Assembly (NCBI GenBank): GCA_963843145.1
Contig: CAWJJC010000005.1
Location: forward strand, 32,001-96,000
From: an uncultured delta proteobacterium
GTDB lineage: Bacteria > Desulfobacterota > RBG-13-43-22
Direction of reading: 5' to 3'
Length of the DNA stretch: 64,000 nt
Part shown: piece by piece, positions 1 through 9,510 of the stretch
Numbering within the stretch: position 1 is the stretch's first letter
Layout: every line of letters begins with the position of its first letter
Program-made: the position numbers and the translations under genes
The notes under the pieces: model-generated
The model's database searches: none
What the model saw: only the letters and a program-made list of their open reading frames with translations
What the model was told of the DNA's origin: nothing

Positions 1-464
1 GCGATCCGGTTGATCGAGGAATCCCCGCCCACGCTATAGGGTTGGAGGTCCAGATCCATGGTCTTGGGGACGTGGACGCAGGGGATGCCCTGTTCACTCA
101 AGTCCACCACCACGCTGCCGGTATCGTCCCCGCCGCTGATAATCAGGGCGTCGATGCCGAATTTTTTCAACCCCTCCTTGATTCGCTCGTATTTCCGGGG
201 ATCGTCGATCTTGCTGATTTTGACCCGGGAATGACCGGCCTCGGAACCGGACAAGGAGGCCTCGATACGGCTGACCCGCTCGGCGTTGAGCAGCACCACC
301 TCGGGCAAATCAACCAAATTATAAAGCCCGGCATACCCGTTGGGGATGACCACGGATTCGATCCCCAGGGCATAAGCCTCCCGGGCAATCCCCTTGATGA
401 CGGCGTTCAACCCGCCGCAGTCGCCGCCGCTGGTAATGACCCCGATACGTTTGATGTCCGACAT
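1..464 (-). CDS. pfkA: 6-phosphofructokinase family protein, N-terminal part (runs off window start)
   Basis: Manual translation of the minus strand from ATG 464: MSDIKRIGVITSGGDCGGLNAVIKG...IISGGDDT...VHVPKTMDLDL. GGAGGA RBS upstream. Absent from the ORF track because it is truncated. Confidence 0.85.
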   Translation of the reverse strand, partial: MSDIKRIGVITSGGDCGGLNAVIKGIAREAYALGIESVVIPNGYAGLYNLVDLPEVVLLNAERVSRIEASLSGSEAGHSRVKISKIDDPRKYERIKEGLKKFGIDALIISGGDDTGSVVVDLSEQGIPCVHVPKTMDLDLQPYSVGGDSSINRI

Positions 465-725
465 AGATCATCTCCTCCATGCTATAGTGATTCCGAAATA
501 TAACTAAAAGACGATTAAAGCGCAACCATAGAGAGTCAATCCTTAATGCTGACTGGCCTGCGGCTTGAATCTCTTATGGTTAGGGCTGGAGAATAGGTCA
601 ATAAAAGAAGCGTACCTGGATATATGTTAGCTCGCTACCGGTCCGTTCGAAATACCGGAATCCCGGTTTCCCCCGGATGGCGTTCTCCTCTCCGCCCGAA
701 CCGCCTTTTTTATTGTTTCCCCCCC

Positions 726-1304
726 TCAGGGCACCGTCAAATAGGGTCGGATTTTTTCAAGAGTTTTTTCTTTTATTCCCTTAACTTCCTTCAAGCTTTC
801 CAGATCCGGGAACGGCCCCTGTTGTTCCCGGTAAGCCACAATCCGTTGGGCCAGGCCGGGGCCGATGCCCGGGAGGCGGTCGAAATCTTCGGCCGTGGCC
901 TGATTCACCGGAATGGGTCGGCCAAGGATCCACAGGGACCTGATCGAAAGAGGACCGGGGTCAATGGTCAGCCGCTGGGCATCATCCACCGAAATAACCA
1001 ATCGGGTATCCCTGGTCAGAACTTCCTGCCTCCGCTGAACGGGAATCTCCGATTTTCCGGTCAATCCCCCCCCGTCCCCGATCACCCGCAAAAGAGTGGG
1101 GGTTTGCTGATAGGTAAAAAGTCCCGGCCTTTGAATGGCTCCTTCCAATTCAATATGAACCTCCTGCCTGGCGGTGATCCCGGCGGGGGTCGAGGGCGGA
1201 GTTTGATTGAGGCTAGCCCAATGGGAAATAAATAAATAGGGCAAAACCAGGGCGCTCAAAACCAGCAGCCCTTTTTGTTGCGCCCGATCAAGGTTGGGGA
1301 GCAC
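726..1304 (-). CDS. comEA: ComEA-like DNA-binding protein (SLBB + helix-hairpin-helix)
   Basis: N-terminal TM segment; INQATAEDF-like motif followed by LPGIGPGLAQRIVAYREQQGPF and VKGIKEK HhH motifs. Confidence 0.8.
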   Translation of the reverse strand: MLPNLDRAQQKGLLVLSALVLPYLFISHWASLNQTPPSTPAGITARQEVHIELEGAIQRPGLFTYQQTPTLLRVIGDGGGLTGKSEIPVQRRQEVLTRDTRLVISVDDAQRLTIDPGPLSIRSLWILGRPIPVNQATAEDFDRLPGIGPGLAQRIVAYREQQGPFPDLESLKEVKGIKEKTLEKIRPYLTVP

Positions 1305-1547
1305 TTATTCCTCCCAGAGGAGGCAATGGACCGGGCAGAGGTCCATGGCCTCCTGGATTCGTTCCTCGGGGCAGCCCTGAGGATTCAGGACCAGGACCTT
1401 GCCGATCGCTTCGTTCAAAGAAAAAACCTCAGGGCAGATATCCACGCAGGCCCCGCAGCCGATGCATTCGTCGAAATTGATTTCCGGGTTTCGGGACGTT
1501 GGCGGTTTCACCGCGTCATTTGCCGTTTTGCGGCGGTCATTGGCCAC
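1305..1547 (-). CDS. single-cluster [4Fe-4S] ferredoxin
   Basis: CIGCGACVDICP ... AMDLCPVHC. Confidence 0.85.
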   Translation of the reverse strand: MANDRRKTANDAVKPPTSRNPEINFDECIGCGACVDICPEVFSLNEAIGKVLVLNPQGCPEERIQEAMDLCPVHCLLWEE

Positions 1548-1555
1548 TGGCCTTT

Positions 1556-2626
1556 TTATATTAATCGGTATTTCTCCCGCAGCCGCTTCGATATCTCCCT
1601 TATCCAGTCGAAAGCCGCTTCCACGGTTTTTTCAAAATCAGGGTTGACCAGGCAGCAGGTGGCCGGAGACAGCAGGCTCTGCGCCAGGAGTTGTTCCCGA
1701 TCAAATCCCATCCGGTAGAGACCCTCCCAGAATCCCTCCAGACGCTCGATCAGGGCCGGGACGGATTCCTGGGAAAAGAATTCGGTCTGAGTAGGCACCA
1801 GACCCCAGGACAAAATCCCTCCCCGGTCCAAAAATTTCTGAATATTTTTTTGATATTGGGTGAAGATGGGACCGTTGCGGTAGGCGTCGAAAGAGAGAAT
1901 TTCCATATCCTGTTTGAGCAGGAAATCCCAGTCCGGGTTGCCGCAGAGATGAATTCCCCGGGGCCGTTCGATCTGGCCGAAAAAAATCTTAAAGTCCTCC
2001 CGGGCCATACTATCGGTGTAGCCGGAAACGCTGCTGAAGATGAACTGTAGACCCGGTTCATCGATGAACATGAAGGCCCGAGGGTTTTTTTCTTTAAGCC
2101 GCTTCAACTGGGCATTGACCCGTCGGGCCATGAAGTCGATCAGGACCGGCCGGATCTCGTCGTTAAAAATGATTGGGCGCTCGTTTTCATCCAGGAGCTT
2201 CAGGCCGAAGCTGACCGGCCCCTCCAGTTGCCCCCGGATGGCCGCATAACCCGACAAGTCCATCTCCAGAAACTTATGGTAGACCACGGAAAAGCGGGGG
2301 GAGATATCGAAATATTCGGTTTCCTCGAAATGGCCCAGCAGGGTTTCCAGACCTTCGTAGAACAGTGGCGTGTTGAAATGGAGGGTATTCCCTACCGGGT
2401 CCAGCACCATCCCGGGAAAGTGTTCCGAGGCCTGCACGTACATGTCCTCGTAGTACCCCGCGTGCGGAAGCTGGGGCCAGAAAGGAATGTCCAGCGAAAG
2501 AGCCAGGTCCAGGGCCCGGTCAACCTCCCGGTGGGGCAGGATGGCCATAGCCGTGGTGCGCAATCCCCCGGGGATCATAGACCTCGGACGGTTGTCTGGT
2601 TCGTGATGAAAATCAGTCTCTCCCAT
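1556..2626 (-). CDS. core (single-barrel) MetE-like methionine synthase / UROD-MetE fold protein
   Basis: WPQLP, GQLEGPVSFG, FIDEPGL, GIHLCG (HxC zinc motif), LSPATCC; 356 aa, no N-terminal folate-binding barrel. Confidence 0.7.
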   Translation of the reverse strand: MGETDFHHEPDNRPRSMIPGGLRTTAMAILPHREVDRALDLALSLDIPFWPQLPHAGYYEDMYVQASEHFPGMVLDPVGNTLHFNTPLFYEGLETLLGHFEETEYFDISPRFSVVYHKFLEMDLSGYAAIRGQLEGPVSFGLKLLDENERPIIFNDEIRPVLIDFMARRVNAQLKRLKEKNPRAFMFIDEPGLQFIFSSVSGYTDSMAREDFKIFFGQIERPRGIHLCGNPDWDFLLKQDMEILSFDAYRNGPIFTQYQKNIQKFLDRGGILSWGLVPTQTEFFSQESVPALIERLEGFWEGLYRMGFDREQLLAQSLLSPATCCLVNPDFEKTVEAAFDWIREISKRLREKYRLI

Positions 2627-2643
2627 TAAACGATAAAACCGTT

Positions 2644-2878
2644 AAATCCGAAATTCGAAGCACGAAATCCGAAACAAATTCAAAAGTTCAAAATCCAAAT
2701 GACCAAAACAACTCCCCCACCCTCGACGGGAGGGGGCAGGGGGGGGTGGGTGAATCCCGGGTTATCACTCAACCTTATGCCTTATCCCTACCCTACACCT
2801 TCCGGGGAAGAATGTTTCGAATTTTGAATTTCGGTCATTTGAATTTGTTTCGAATTTCGAGTTTCGAGTTTCGAATTT
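2644..2878. repeat. heptamer-based (AAATCCG/AAATTCG) inverted-repeat intergenic element with a nested GC-rich hairpin
   Basis: Left arm aaatccg aaattcg aagcacg aaatccg aaacaaattc...caaatgacc; right arm ggtcatttgaatttgtttcgaatttcgagtttcg; a C-rich/G-rich hairpin lies at about 2712-2750. Confidence 0.75.
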
Positions 2879-4501
2879 TTAGCCTTTCCTCTGTTGCCTT
2901 TTCTGTTCCTCTTTATAAAGCTTATAAGAGATACTATCCACCAGGGCCTGCCAGGAAGCCTCCAAAATATCCGTGGATACCCCCACGGTCCCCCATTTGC
3001 TTTCCAAATCCGCGGACTCGATCAGCACCCGTACCCGGGCTCCCGTCCCGTCCACGCTGGAAAGCACCCGGACCTTGTAATCCTCCAGCCGCATTTCTTT
3101 CAGTTCCGGATAAAACCGTTCCAGGGCCTTGCGCAGGGCGTTGTCCAGGGCATTGACCGGTCCGTTGCCCACCGCCGCCGTATGTTCCACCTTGCCCCCG
3201 ACTTTAACCATAATGGTGGCCTCCGCTAAAGGAGGCTGGTCTTCGACCGCCTTATGGGCCATGACCCGGAAGCCTAATAGTTGGAAATACCGCTTCTGCC
3301 GTCCCAGGGCCCGGTTCATCAACAGTTCGAAAGAACCCTCGGCCCCTTCAAACTGGAAACCCTGTTTTTCCAGTTCCTTCAACTGGGATAATATCTCCAG
3401 GACCACCGGGTCTTTACTGGACAGGTCCAGCCCATACCCCTGGGCCTTGGAAAGGATGTTGCTTCGACCGGCCAGGTCGGAAACTAAAATCCGCTGGATA
3501 TTGCCGACTCTTTCCGGATTAATGTGCTCATAGGTTTCCGGGTTCTTCATGACCGCGCTGACGTGGATCCCGCCTTTATGCGAGAAGGCACTGGCTCCCA
3601 CGTAGGGCTGGTATTTGTTGTGACGAATGTTGGCCAGTTCGTTGACAAAACGAGAGATCTCGCTGATCCGGGCGAGTTGTTCGTCGGTCAGGATTTCGAA
3701 TTTCAATTTGAGCTGCAGGTTGGGAATGATGGAGCAGAGGTTGGCGTTGCCGCAGCGGTCCCCGAAGCCATTAATGGTCCCCTGCACCTGAGTAATGCCG
3801 TTTTCCACGGCGGCCACTACATTGGCCACCGAACACTCACAGTCGTTATGCGCGTGGATTCCTAAAGGGACCCCCGGGATTTCTTTTTTGACCCGCTGGA
3901 TGATTTGCACCAGTTGGCCGGGGAGGGTCCCGCCGTTGGTGTCGCAAAGGACGAGGCAATCGGCCTTGGCCTTCTTGGCGGCCTTCAGGGTAGACAGAGC
4001 GTACTCCGGGTTGGCTTTGAAGCCGTCGAAAAAATGTTCGGCATCGTAAAAAAGCCGGGAAACCCTAGGTCGAAGCCAGGACAGGGAATCGGCCACGATT
4101 TCCAGGTTGCGATCCAGGGAAACCCTCAGGGCATCCCGCACATGGACATCCCAGCTCTTGCCAAAAATGGTGATGACCGGCGTTTGGGCTTGGACCAGGG
4201 CCTTGAGGTTGGCGTCTCTCTCCGCTGTATTCTTGGGGTTATGGGTGCTCCCAAAGGAGGCCAATTGCGCTTGCTTCAAGGACTGTTGTTTCATTTCCTT
4301 GAAAAATTCCACGTCCTTGGGGTTGGAGCCCGGCCAGCCCCCTTCAATATAATCGATCCCCAAATCGTCCAGCTTTTTGGAAATGCGGATCTTGTCCACC
4401 ACCGAGAGATTGAAATCCTCGGCCTGGGTCCCGTCCCGGAGGGTGGTATCGTAGATTTCTATCGTTTTCAAGTTTCTTCTTTCCAGACGTCTCCATTTCA
4501 A
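2879..4501 (-). CDS. cimA: citramalate synthase (LeuA/CimA family); true start may be TTG 4471
   Basis: YDTTLRDGTQAE, EGGWPGSNPKD, GKSWDVHV, YDAEHFFDG, HAHND, HKGGIHVSA, GNGPVNALD. Confidence 0.9.
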   Translation of the reverse strand: MKWRRLERRNLKTIEIYDTTLRDGTQAEDFNLSVVDKIRISKKLDDLGIDYIEGGWPGSNPKDVEFFKEMKQQSLKQAQLASFGSTHNPKNTAERDANLKALVQAQTPVITIFGKSWDVHVRDALRVSLDRNLEIVADSLSWLRPRVSRLFYDAEHFFDGFKANPEYALSTLKAAKKAKADCLVLCDTNGGTLPGQLVQIIQRVKKEIPGVPLGIHAHNDCECSVANVVAAVENGITQVQGTINGFGDRCGNANLCSIIPNLQLKLKFEILTDEQLARISEISRFVNELANIRHNKYQPYVGASAFSHKGGIHVSAVMKNPETYEHINPERVGNIQRILVSDLAGRSNILSKAQGYGLDLSSKDPVVLEILSQLKELEKQGFQFEGAEGSFELLMNRALGRQKRYFQLLGFRVMAHKAVEDQPPLAEATIMVKVGGKVEHTAAVGNGPVNALDNALRKALERFYPELKEMRLEDYKVRVLSSVDGTGARVRVLIESADLESKWGTVGVSTDILEASWQALVDSISYKLYKEEQKRQQRKG

Positions 4502-4660
4502 ATTGCAGACGCAGAATGGGCCTGATCCACAATCAATGGCTTAACCTGCAATTCCCGCCGGTGTTTCTCCGCCGGCCAAAGATCATACGGTAGCCGGTTT
4601 GGTGTTGCCCCTCGAACGCTTCGCGCCCGGGCTCTGCGCTCAGCGTTTAGCGCCCAACGC

Positions 4661-5890
4661 TCAACGTCCGTGCGACTCCTCGTCCAGATGAAAGGCATCG
4701 TGCAGGGCCCGCACGGCCAGTTCGGTGTACTTCTCGTCAATGACGCAGGAGATCTTGATCTCGGAAGTGGTAATCATCATGATGTTGATGCCTTCATCGG
4801 CCAGGGTGGAAAACATGGTGGTGGCCACCCCGGCGTGATTGCGCATGCCCAGTCCGATAATCGAAACCTTGGCGATATTTTCATCTCCCAGAACCCGCTC
4901 GGCCTTGATCTCCTTGGCGATTTTTTTCACTATGCCGAGGGTTTTTTTGAAATCCACTTTGGGGACGGTGAAGGTTAGGTCCGTCAGACCGTCGGCGCTG
5001 GTATTCTGGACAATCATGTCCACCACCACTCCGGCTTCGGAGATGGGCGTAAATATTTTGTGGGCGGTACCCGGCCGATCCGGCACTTTCGTTATGGTAA
5101 CCCGGGCCTCGTTTTTGTTGTAGGTGACGCTGGAAACCAGAATCTTTTCCATGCTCTTGTCTTCTTGGAGCACCATCGTTCCCTCCTTGTCGGTAAAAGT
5201 CGAACGCACATGTATGGGGACCCTGTATTTCTTGGCAAACTCCACCGAACGGATCTCCAGGACCTTGGCCCCCAGGCTGGCCATTTCCAGCATTTCCTCA
5301 TAGGAAATCTTTTTCAGTTTTCGGGCCTTGGAGCAGACTCGGGGGTCGGTGGTATAGACTCCTTCCACATCGGTAAAAATTTCGCAAACGTCGGCCTTCA
5401 GGGCAGCAGCGATGGCTACGGCGGTCGTGTCCGACCCCCCCCGTCCCAAGGTGGTGATATTTCCCCGTTCGTCCAGTCCCTGGAAACCGGCTACGGCCAC
5501 AATCTTATCTCTGCGGATCTCTTCCATGATGCGTCGGGTATCCACCTCATTAATCCGGGCCCGTCCGTAGGACTGATCGGTGTGAATCGTGGCCTGGAAA
5601 CCCAGCAGGGAAGTGGCCTTAAAACCCAGACTCTGGACAGCCATGCTGAACAGGGCGATGGAGACCTGTTCCCCGGTGGAAATCAGTACATCCAGCTCCC
5701 GGGGATTGGGAGTTTCGGTCACCTCTTGGGCCAGCCGAATCAGTCGATCCGTTTCGCCGGACATGGCCGAAAGGACCACCACCATATCGTTTCCCTCTTT
5801 TTTCCGTTCAATGACCCGTTGCGCCACCTGCCGAATTTTTTCAATGGAACCTACCGAAGTGCCGCCGTATTTGTGCACCACTAACGACAT
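4661..5890 (-). CDS. lysC: aspartate kinase
   Basis: KYGGTSV, TTLGRGGSDTTA, two ACT domains, ITTSEIKIS. Confidence 0.95.
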   Translation of the reverse strand: MSLVVHKYGGTSVGSIEKIRQVAQRVIERKKEGNDMVVVLSAMSGETDRLIRLAQEVTETPNPRELDVLISTGEQVSIALFSMAVQSLGFKATSLLGFQATIHTDQSYGRARINEVDTRRIMEEIRRDKIVAVAGFQGLDERGNITTLGRGGSDTTAVAIAAALKADVCEIFTDVEGVYTTDPRVCSKARKLKKISYEEMLEMASLGAKVLEIRSVEFAKKYRVPIHVRSTFTDKEGTMVLQEDKSMEKILVSSVTYNKNEARVTITKVPDRPGTAHKIFTPISEAGVVVDMIVQNTSADGLTDLTFTVPKVDFKKTLGIVKKIAKEIKAERVLGDENIAKVSIIGLGMRNHAGVATTMFSTLADEGINIMMITTSEIKISCVIDEKYTELAVRALHDAFHLDEESHGR

Positions 5891-5902
5891 AAAACCTCCC
5901 TT

Positions 5903-5959
5903 TATATTTTTTTCAGGTAAAACCCCGTCTTGGAAAGGGTTTTACCTGAAAAAAATATA
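5903..5959. promoter_or_regulatory. perfect 23-bp inverted repeat just upstream of the lysC RBS
   Basis: tatatttttttcaggtaaaaccc - 11 nt - gggttttacctgaaaaaaatata. Confidence 0.6.
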
Positions 5960-6039
5960 GCCCAAACCGAAGCCGGATTTGACCACCGTCGCCTTATCCT
6001 TACCTTGGATGCGAAGCGAACCATATCCCTCGCCCAGCC

Positions 6040-6063
6040 GGCAGGCGGGGTCGCCTGCCCTAC
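6040..6063 (-). repeat. GTAG-type REP-like hairpin
   Basis: Minus strand GTAG-GGCAGGCG-accc-CGCCTGCC. Confidence 0.5.
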
Positions 6064-6098
6064 GAAAAACGAAAGCTTGGAAAATTTTCATGCTTCGC

Positions 6099-6578
6099 TC
6101 AGACGGGCGAAGGGGTTAGATCCGATGCCTGCAACCGCTCCGCCGCTTCGCCCCGAGCGCTGATCCGGAAAAGCCTCCGCTTCTCATCTACCCAGAGAAT
6201 CACGATATCGATCCGTTCTTCCGGGAGGTCCGGGACCTTCTCCGCCCATTCAATAGCCAGGATCCCGTTTCCTTCAAAATAATCCTCCAGCCCTAATTCC
6301 TCAAAGGCTTCGGCTGAATCGAGCCGGTAGCCATCCAGGTGAAACAGGGGAACGCGTCCCGGATATTCATTGATCAGAGTAAAGGACGGGCTGGCCACGC
6401 CGCTCCCGTCAATACCCAGCCCGCGAGCAATCCCCCGCACCAGACAGGTCTTGCCGGCCCCCAGTTCCCCGTGAAGGGCCAGAATATCGCCCGACTTCAG
6501 GCAGGAGGCCAATCGTTCTCCCAGGGCTTCGGTCTCATTTTCGTTTTCCGTTTCTATAACCCGGGAAAAGACGCCCAT
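6099..6578 (-). CDS. tsaE: tRNA threonylcarbamoyladenosine biosynthesis ATPase TsaE
   Basis: GELGAGKT, VASPSFTLINEY, HLDGYRL, IEWAE. Start moved to ATG 6578 because the upstream ORF extension is translated repeat DNA. Confidence 0.92.
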   Translation of the reverse strand: MGVFSRVIETENENETEALGERLASCLKSGDILALHGELGAGKTCLVRGIARGLGIDGSGVASPSFTLINEYPGRVPLFHLDGYRLDSAEAFEELGLEDYFEGNGILAIEWAEKVPDLPEERIDIVILWVDEKRRLFRISARGEAAERLQASDLTPSPV

Positions 6579-6585
6579 AAAAGTT

Positions 6586-6689
6586 AAATTCGAAATCCGA
6601 AATCCGAAATCCGAAACAAACTCGAATGGCCAAAATTCAAATGACCAAGACAAAAACGTTTCGAATTTCTTGCTTCGAATTTCGGATTT
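6586..6689. repeat. heptamer-based inverted-repeat element (same family as 2644-2878)
   Basis: aaattcg (aaatccg)3 aaacaaactcg...caaatgacc ... tttcgaatttcttgcttcgaatttcggattt. Confidence 0.75.
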
Positions 6690-6716
6690 AGCCTGGTCAC
6701 TTGGAATCGTTCCCTC

Positions 6717-7166
6717 TTACCTGGCCAGGGCGCGAACCAGATCCTTTTTGCCGATGATCCCCTTCAGGGTCTTGCCCTCCACCACCGGTATGGAGTGCAC
6801 GTGTTGTTCGGCCATCAGGGTGGCGATCTGTTCCATGGGGGCCTGGGGAGTGACCGTCTGCACCGGGGCGGACATGATGTCCCGGCAAAGCAGGCCGGCC
6901 ATTTTTTTTAATTCTTTTTCCAATTTATGGCTGCTTTCCAGGAAGACGATATTGCCCATCAGATTGAAGACGGTCGGCAAATGCAGTTGTTTACTCTGAT
7001 CGATAATATCGCTTTCGCAGACGATCCCCACCAGTTCCTGTTGACGGTTTAAAACCGGAAGCCCGCTGATATGTTTTTCGGTCATCAACCGGGCCGCCTC
7101 GCTCACCGGCGTATCCTCGGAAACGGTAATCACTTCTGAAGTCATGAGTTCTTTGGCTAAGACCAT
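6717..7166 (-). CDS. CBS-pair domain protein
   Basis: LMTSEVITV, ISGLPVL, IMSAPVQTV, HSIPVV; AGGAG RBS before ATG 7166. Confidence 0.85.
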   Translation of the reverse strand: MVLAKELMTSEVITVSEDTPVSEAARLMTEKHISGLPVLNRQQELVGIVCESDIIDQSKQLHLPTVFNLMGNIVFLESSHKLEKELKKMAGLLCRDIMSAPVQTVTPQAPMEQIATLMAEQHVHSIPVVEGKTLKGIIGKKDLVRALAR

Positions 7167-7186
7167 CCGGCAATACTCCTCTTTGG

Positions 7187-8785
7187 CTAAAGATAAATTT
7201 CTTGAATAAGGGGCAGAAAAGGGGCGACGGCGACCGGCCACTGCTCGCTATGGGAAATTAGCTCGGGAAGGACGTCGGCCAGCTCCGAAGCCAGGATCCC
7301 CTGCTTCCCTTTTTTTGCGGCCACCCGGACCCCGGCCCCGGAGTGAAAATAAACGCCTAAACAAGCGGCCGGCAAAGGGGCAACGCCCTGGGCCAGCCAA
7401 CCGGTGATCATCCCGGTCAGGACGTCCCCCATACCCCCGCTGGCCATAACGGGATGGGCTATGGGATTTAAAAAAATGGCTCCCGCGGGATCAGCCACCA
7501 CCGTGCGAGCACCCTTTAGTACTAATACGACGCCGTATTGTTCGGCGAAATCCCGGGCTGTCCCGATTCGATCGGCCTGAATTTCCTGAACCGTCTTCCC
7601 GGTCAACCGGGCCATCTCACCGGGGTGAGGGGTCAGAATGGCCCTCCCGGAAAGAAGGGTTAGAGACTCCGGATGATCGGCCAGGGCCGTCAGTCCGTCG
7701 GCATCGACCACCAGCGGAAGGGAAAAATCTTCTTTCAGCAATGACCGGATCAAGGCCTGGGTGCCGTCGGAAGTTGACAAACCCGGACCCAGGGCTAAAA
7801 CCCTCTTCCCGGCCAGTAAGGTTCGAATCCTTTCCAGGGCCGGCCTTCCCAAGCAACCGGTCTTCCCCTCGGGCAGGGGCTCGGTCATGGCCTCGGTCAG
7901 TTTCATCTCCAGGATGGGATTCAGACTGGCGGGGATGCCGAGAGTCACCATCCCGGCGCCGACCCGGAGGGCCCCCATCGCCGCCAGGGCCGCGGCGCCG
8001 GTCTTGCCCGTCGAGCCGGCCAGGATCAAGGCGTGCCCATAGGTACCCTTATGGCCGTCGGGTCGCCGTTCCGGCAGCCAGGGAAGCAGCTCGTCTCCGG
8101 ATAGCAATTCCACCCGGTCAGCCCCTTCCGGACGAAGCGCAGGAGGAATTCCAATATCCACCAGCAGCAGGCGGCCCACGTATTGGGAACCGGGGAAAAG
8201 CAGATGCCCGCGCTTGGGCCAACCGAAGGTTACCGTGGCGGAGGCCTGTACGCACAGGCCGAGGGGTTGCCCGGAATCAGAGGAGAGCCCGGAAGGGATA
8301 TCCACGGCCAACCTGGGCCGGGCGATTTCGTTCACCAGGGCAATCAATTCCTTAAAAAGCCCTTGAACTTCTTTTTCCAGACCGGTCCCCAGCAGAGCGT
8401 CTAGAATCAAATCCGCGTCCGCCAAATCCTTCTTCAGGCAGACCGAATCAAATCCTTCCGGGATTTCCTGCAGCGGAACGCCGCAGGCTTCCGCCAGTCG
8501 GGCATTATGGGCGGCATCCCCTTTCAGGGAAGCCTTCGACCCGGCCAGAAAAACCTTGACCTTAATTCCCAGATGAAGGAGGTAGCGGGCAATGACGAAG
8601 CCGTCTCCTCCGTTGTTTCCCTTCCCGACCAGAACAGCCGCCGAGCGGATGTGCGGATAAAGCTTCCCAATGACCTGAACCACGCCGCGCCCGGCATTCT
8701 CCATCAAAACCAGCCCCGGGACCCCAAGGTCCTCGATGGTCGCTCGGTCCAGCTCTTTCATCTGTTGAGCAGTGGTCAGAATCAT
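7187..8785 (-). CDS. nnr: bifunctional NAD(P)H-hydrate epimerase/dehydratase
   Basis: LMENAG, GKGNNGGDG, DIPSG, HKGTYG, VDADGL, TPHPGEM, GGMGDVLTG. Confidence 0.93.
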   Translation of the reverse strand: MILTTAQQMKELDRATIEDLGVPGLVLMENAGRGVVQVIGKLYPHIRSAAVLVGKGNNGGDGFVIARYLLHLGIKVKVFLAGSKASLKGDAAHNARLAEACGVPLQEIPEGFDSVCLKKDLADADLILDALLGTGLEKEVQGLFKELIALVNEIARPRLAVDIPSGLSSDSGQPLGLCVQASATVTFGWPKRGHLLFPGSQYVGRLLLVDIGIPPALRPEGADRVELLSGDELLPWLPERRPDGHKGTYGHALILAGSTGKTGAAALAAMGALRVGAGMVTLGIPASLNPILEMKLTEAMTEPLPEGKTGCLGRPALERIRTLLAGKRVLALGPGLSTSDGTQALIRSLLKEDFSLPLVVDADGLTALADHPESLTLLSGRAILTPHPGEMARLTGKTVQEIQADRIGTARDFAEQYGVVLVLKGARTVVADPAGAIFLNPIAHPVMASGGMGDVLTGMITGWLAQGVAPLPAACLGVYFHSGAGVRVAAKKGKQGILASELADVLPELISHSEQWPVAVAPFLPLIQEIYL

Positions 8786-8819
8786 AGCAATAATAAATTG
8801 GACGGCTTTTGTCGTCTGG

Positions 8820-9197
8820 TCAGCACTCCAGCACTACGACCGCCACGGCGTAATCGGCCTCATCCGTTAGGGTCAAAAAACTGCCTTTAATACCGGCCTG
8901 ATCGGCAATCTCCCGGGCTCGGCCGTACAGCCGGATTTCAGGACGCCCCAGGGCATTGGCCGTCACTTCGATATCCCGCCAGCGCAGCCCCTGGCGCATC
9001 CCCAGGCCGACAGCTTTGGAAAAAGCCTCTTTGGCGGCAAAACGCATGGCCCAATAGCGGGTGGCATTGGCTTTGCTGAGACAGAAATCTCTTTCCAACC
9101 CGGTATAAACCCGCTCCTGAAACCGTTCACCAAAATTCTCCAGGGCCTGCCGGATGCGGGACATTTTCACCAAATCCACTCCAATTCCGTAGATCAT
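8820..9197 (-). CDS. acpS: holo-[acyl-carrier-protein] synthase
   Basis: GIGVDLV, RFAAKEAFSKA, GRP. Confidence 0.93.
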   Translation of the reverse strand: MIYGIGVDLVKMSRIRQALENFGERFQERVYTGLERDFCLSKANATRYWAMRFAAKEAFSKAVGLGMRQGLRWRDIEVTANALGRPEIRLYGRAREIADQAGIKGSFLTLTDEADYAVAVVVLEC

Positions 9198-9510
9198 GAG
9201 CCTCGTATAAACCTCATTCCTTAATTTTTATATATATCAAATGATTAGACTGGTCAAGGAGAATATGGTCCTTGCACTTCGTAATGAATTAAATCGTCAA
9301 CCTATATGCTGAAGAAATTTAAGGAATCTGACCTGAACGCAAAAAGGACGGCCCTGCCCGTCATTGCCTTGAGACCAATCCGTTAGACCGCTCCATAAAG
9401 GAAGCCTTCTCTCATAAGTTCTGGCTGGATTTTAACCATCGACTTCTTATAGTAAGGTATGCGAAAATCAACTTAAATTCAGGTAGAAAGTATGCGGAGA
9501 TATTTCCCGA

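Noticed and set aside
42-503. Long antisense ORFs opposite housekeeping genes (e.g. 42-503, 5060-5884, 33827-34711)
   Set aside because: Typical GC-rich shadow ORFs without motifs, overlapping well-supported genes on the other strand.
5891-6098. Lysine riboswitch upstream of lysC
   Set aside because: No recognisable conserved riboswitch core; the region is explained by a long hairpin and a REP-like element. An Rfam scan would settle it.
9198-9510. tRNA or integrase attachment site at the copper-island border
   Set aside because: No tRNA fold or integrase seen, and no matching direct repeat near 30.6 kb was found by eye.
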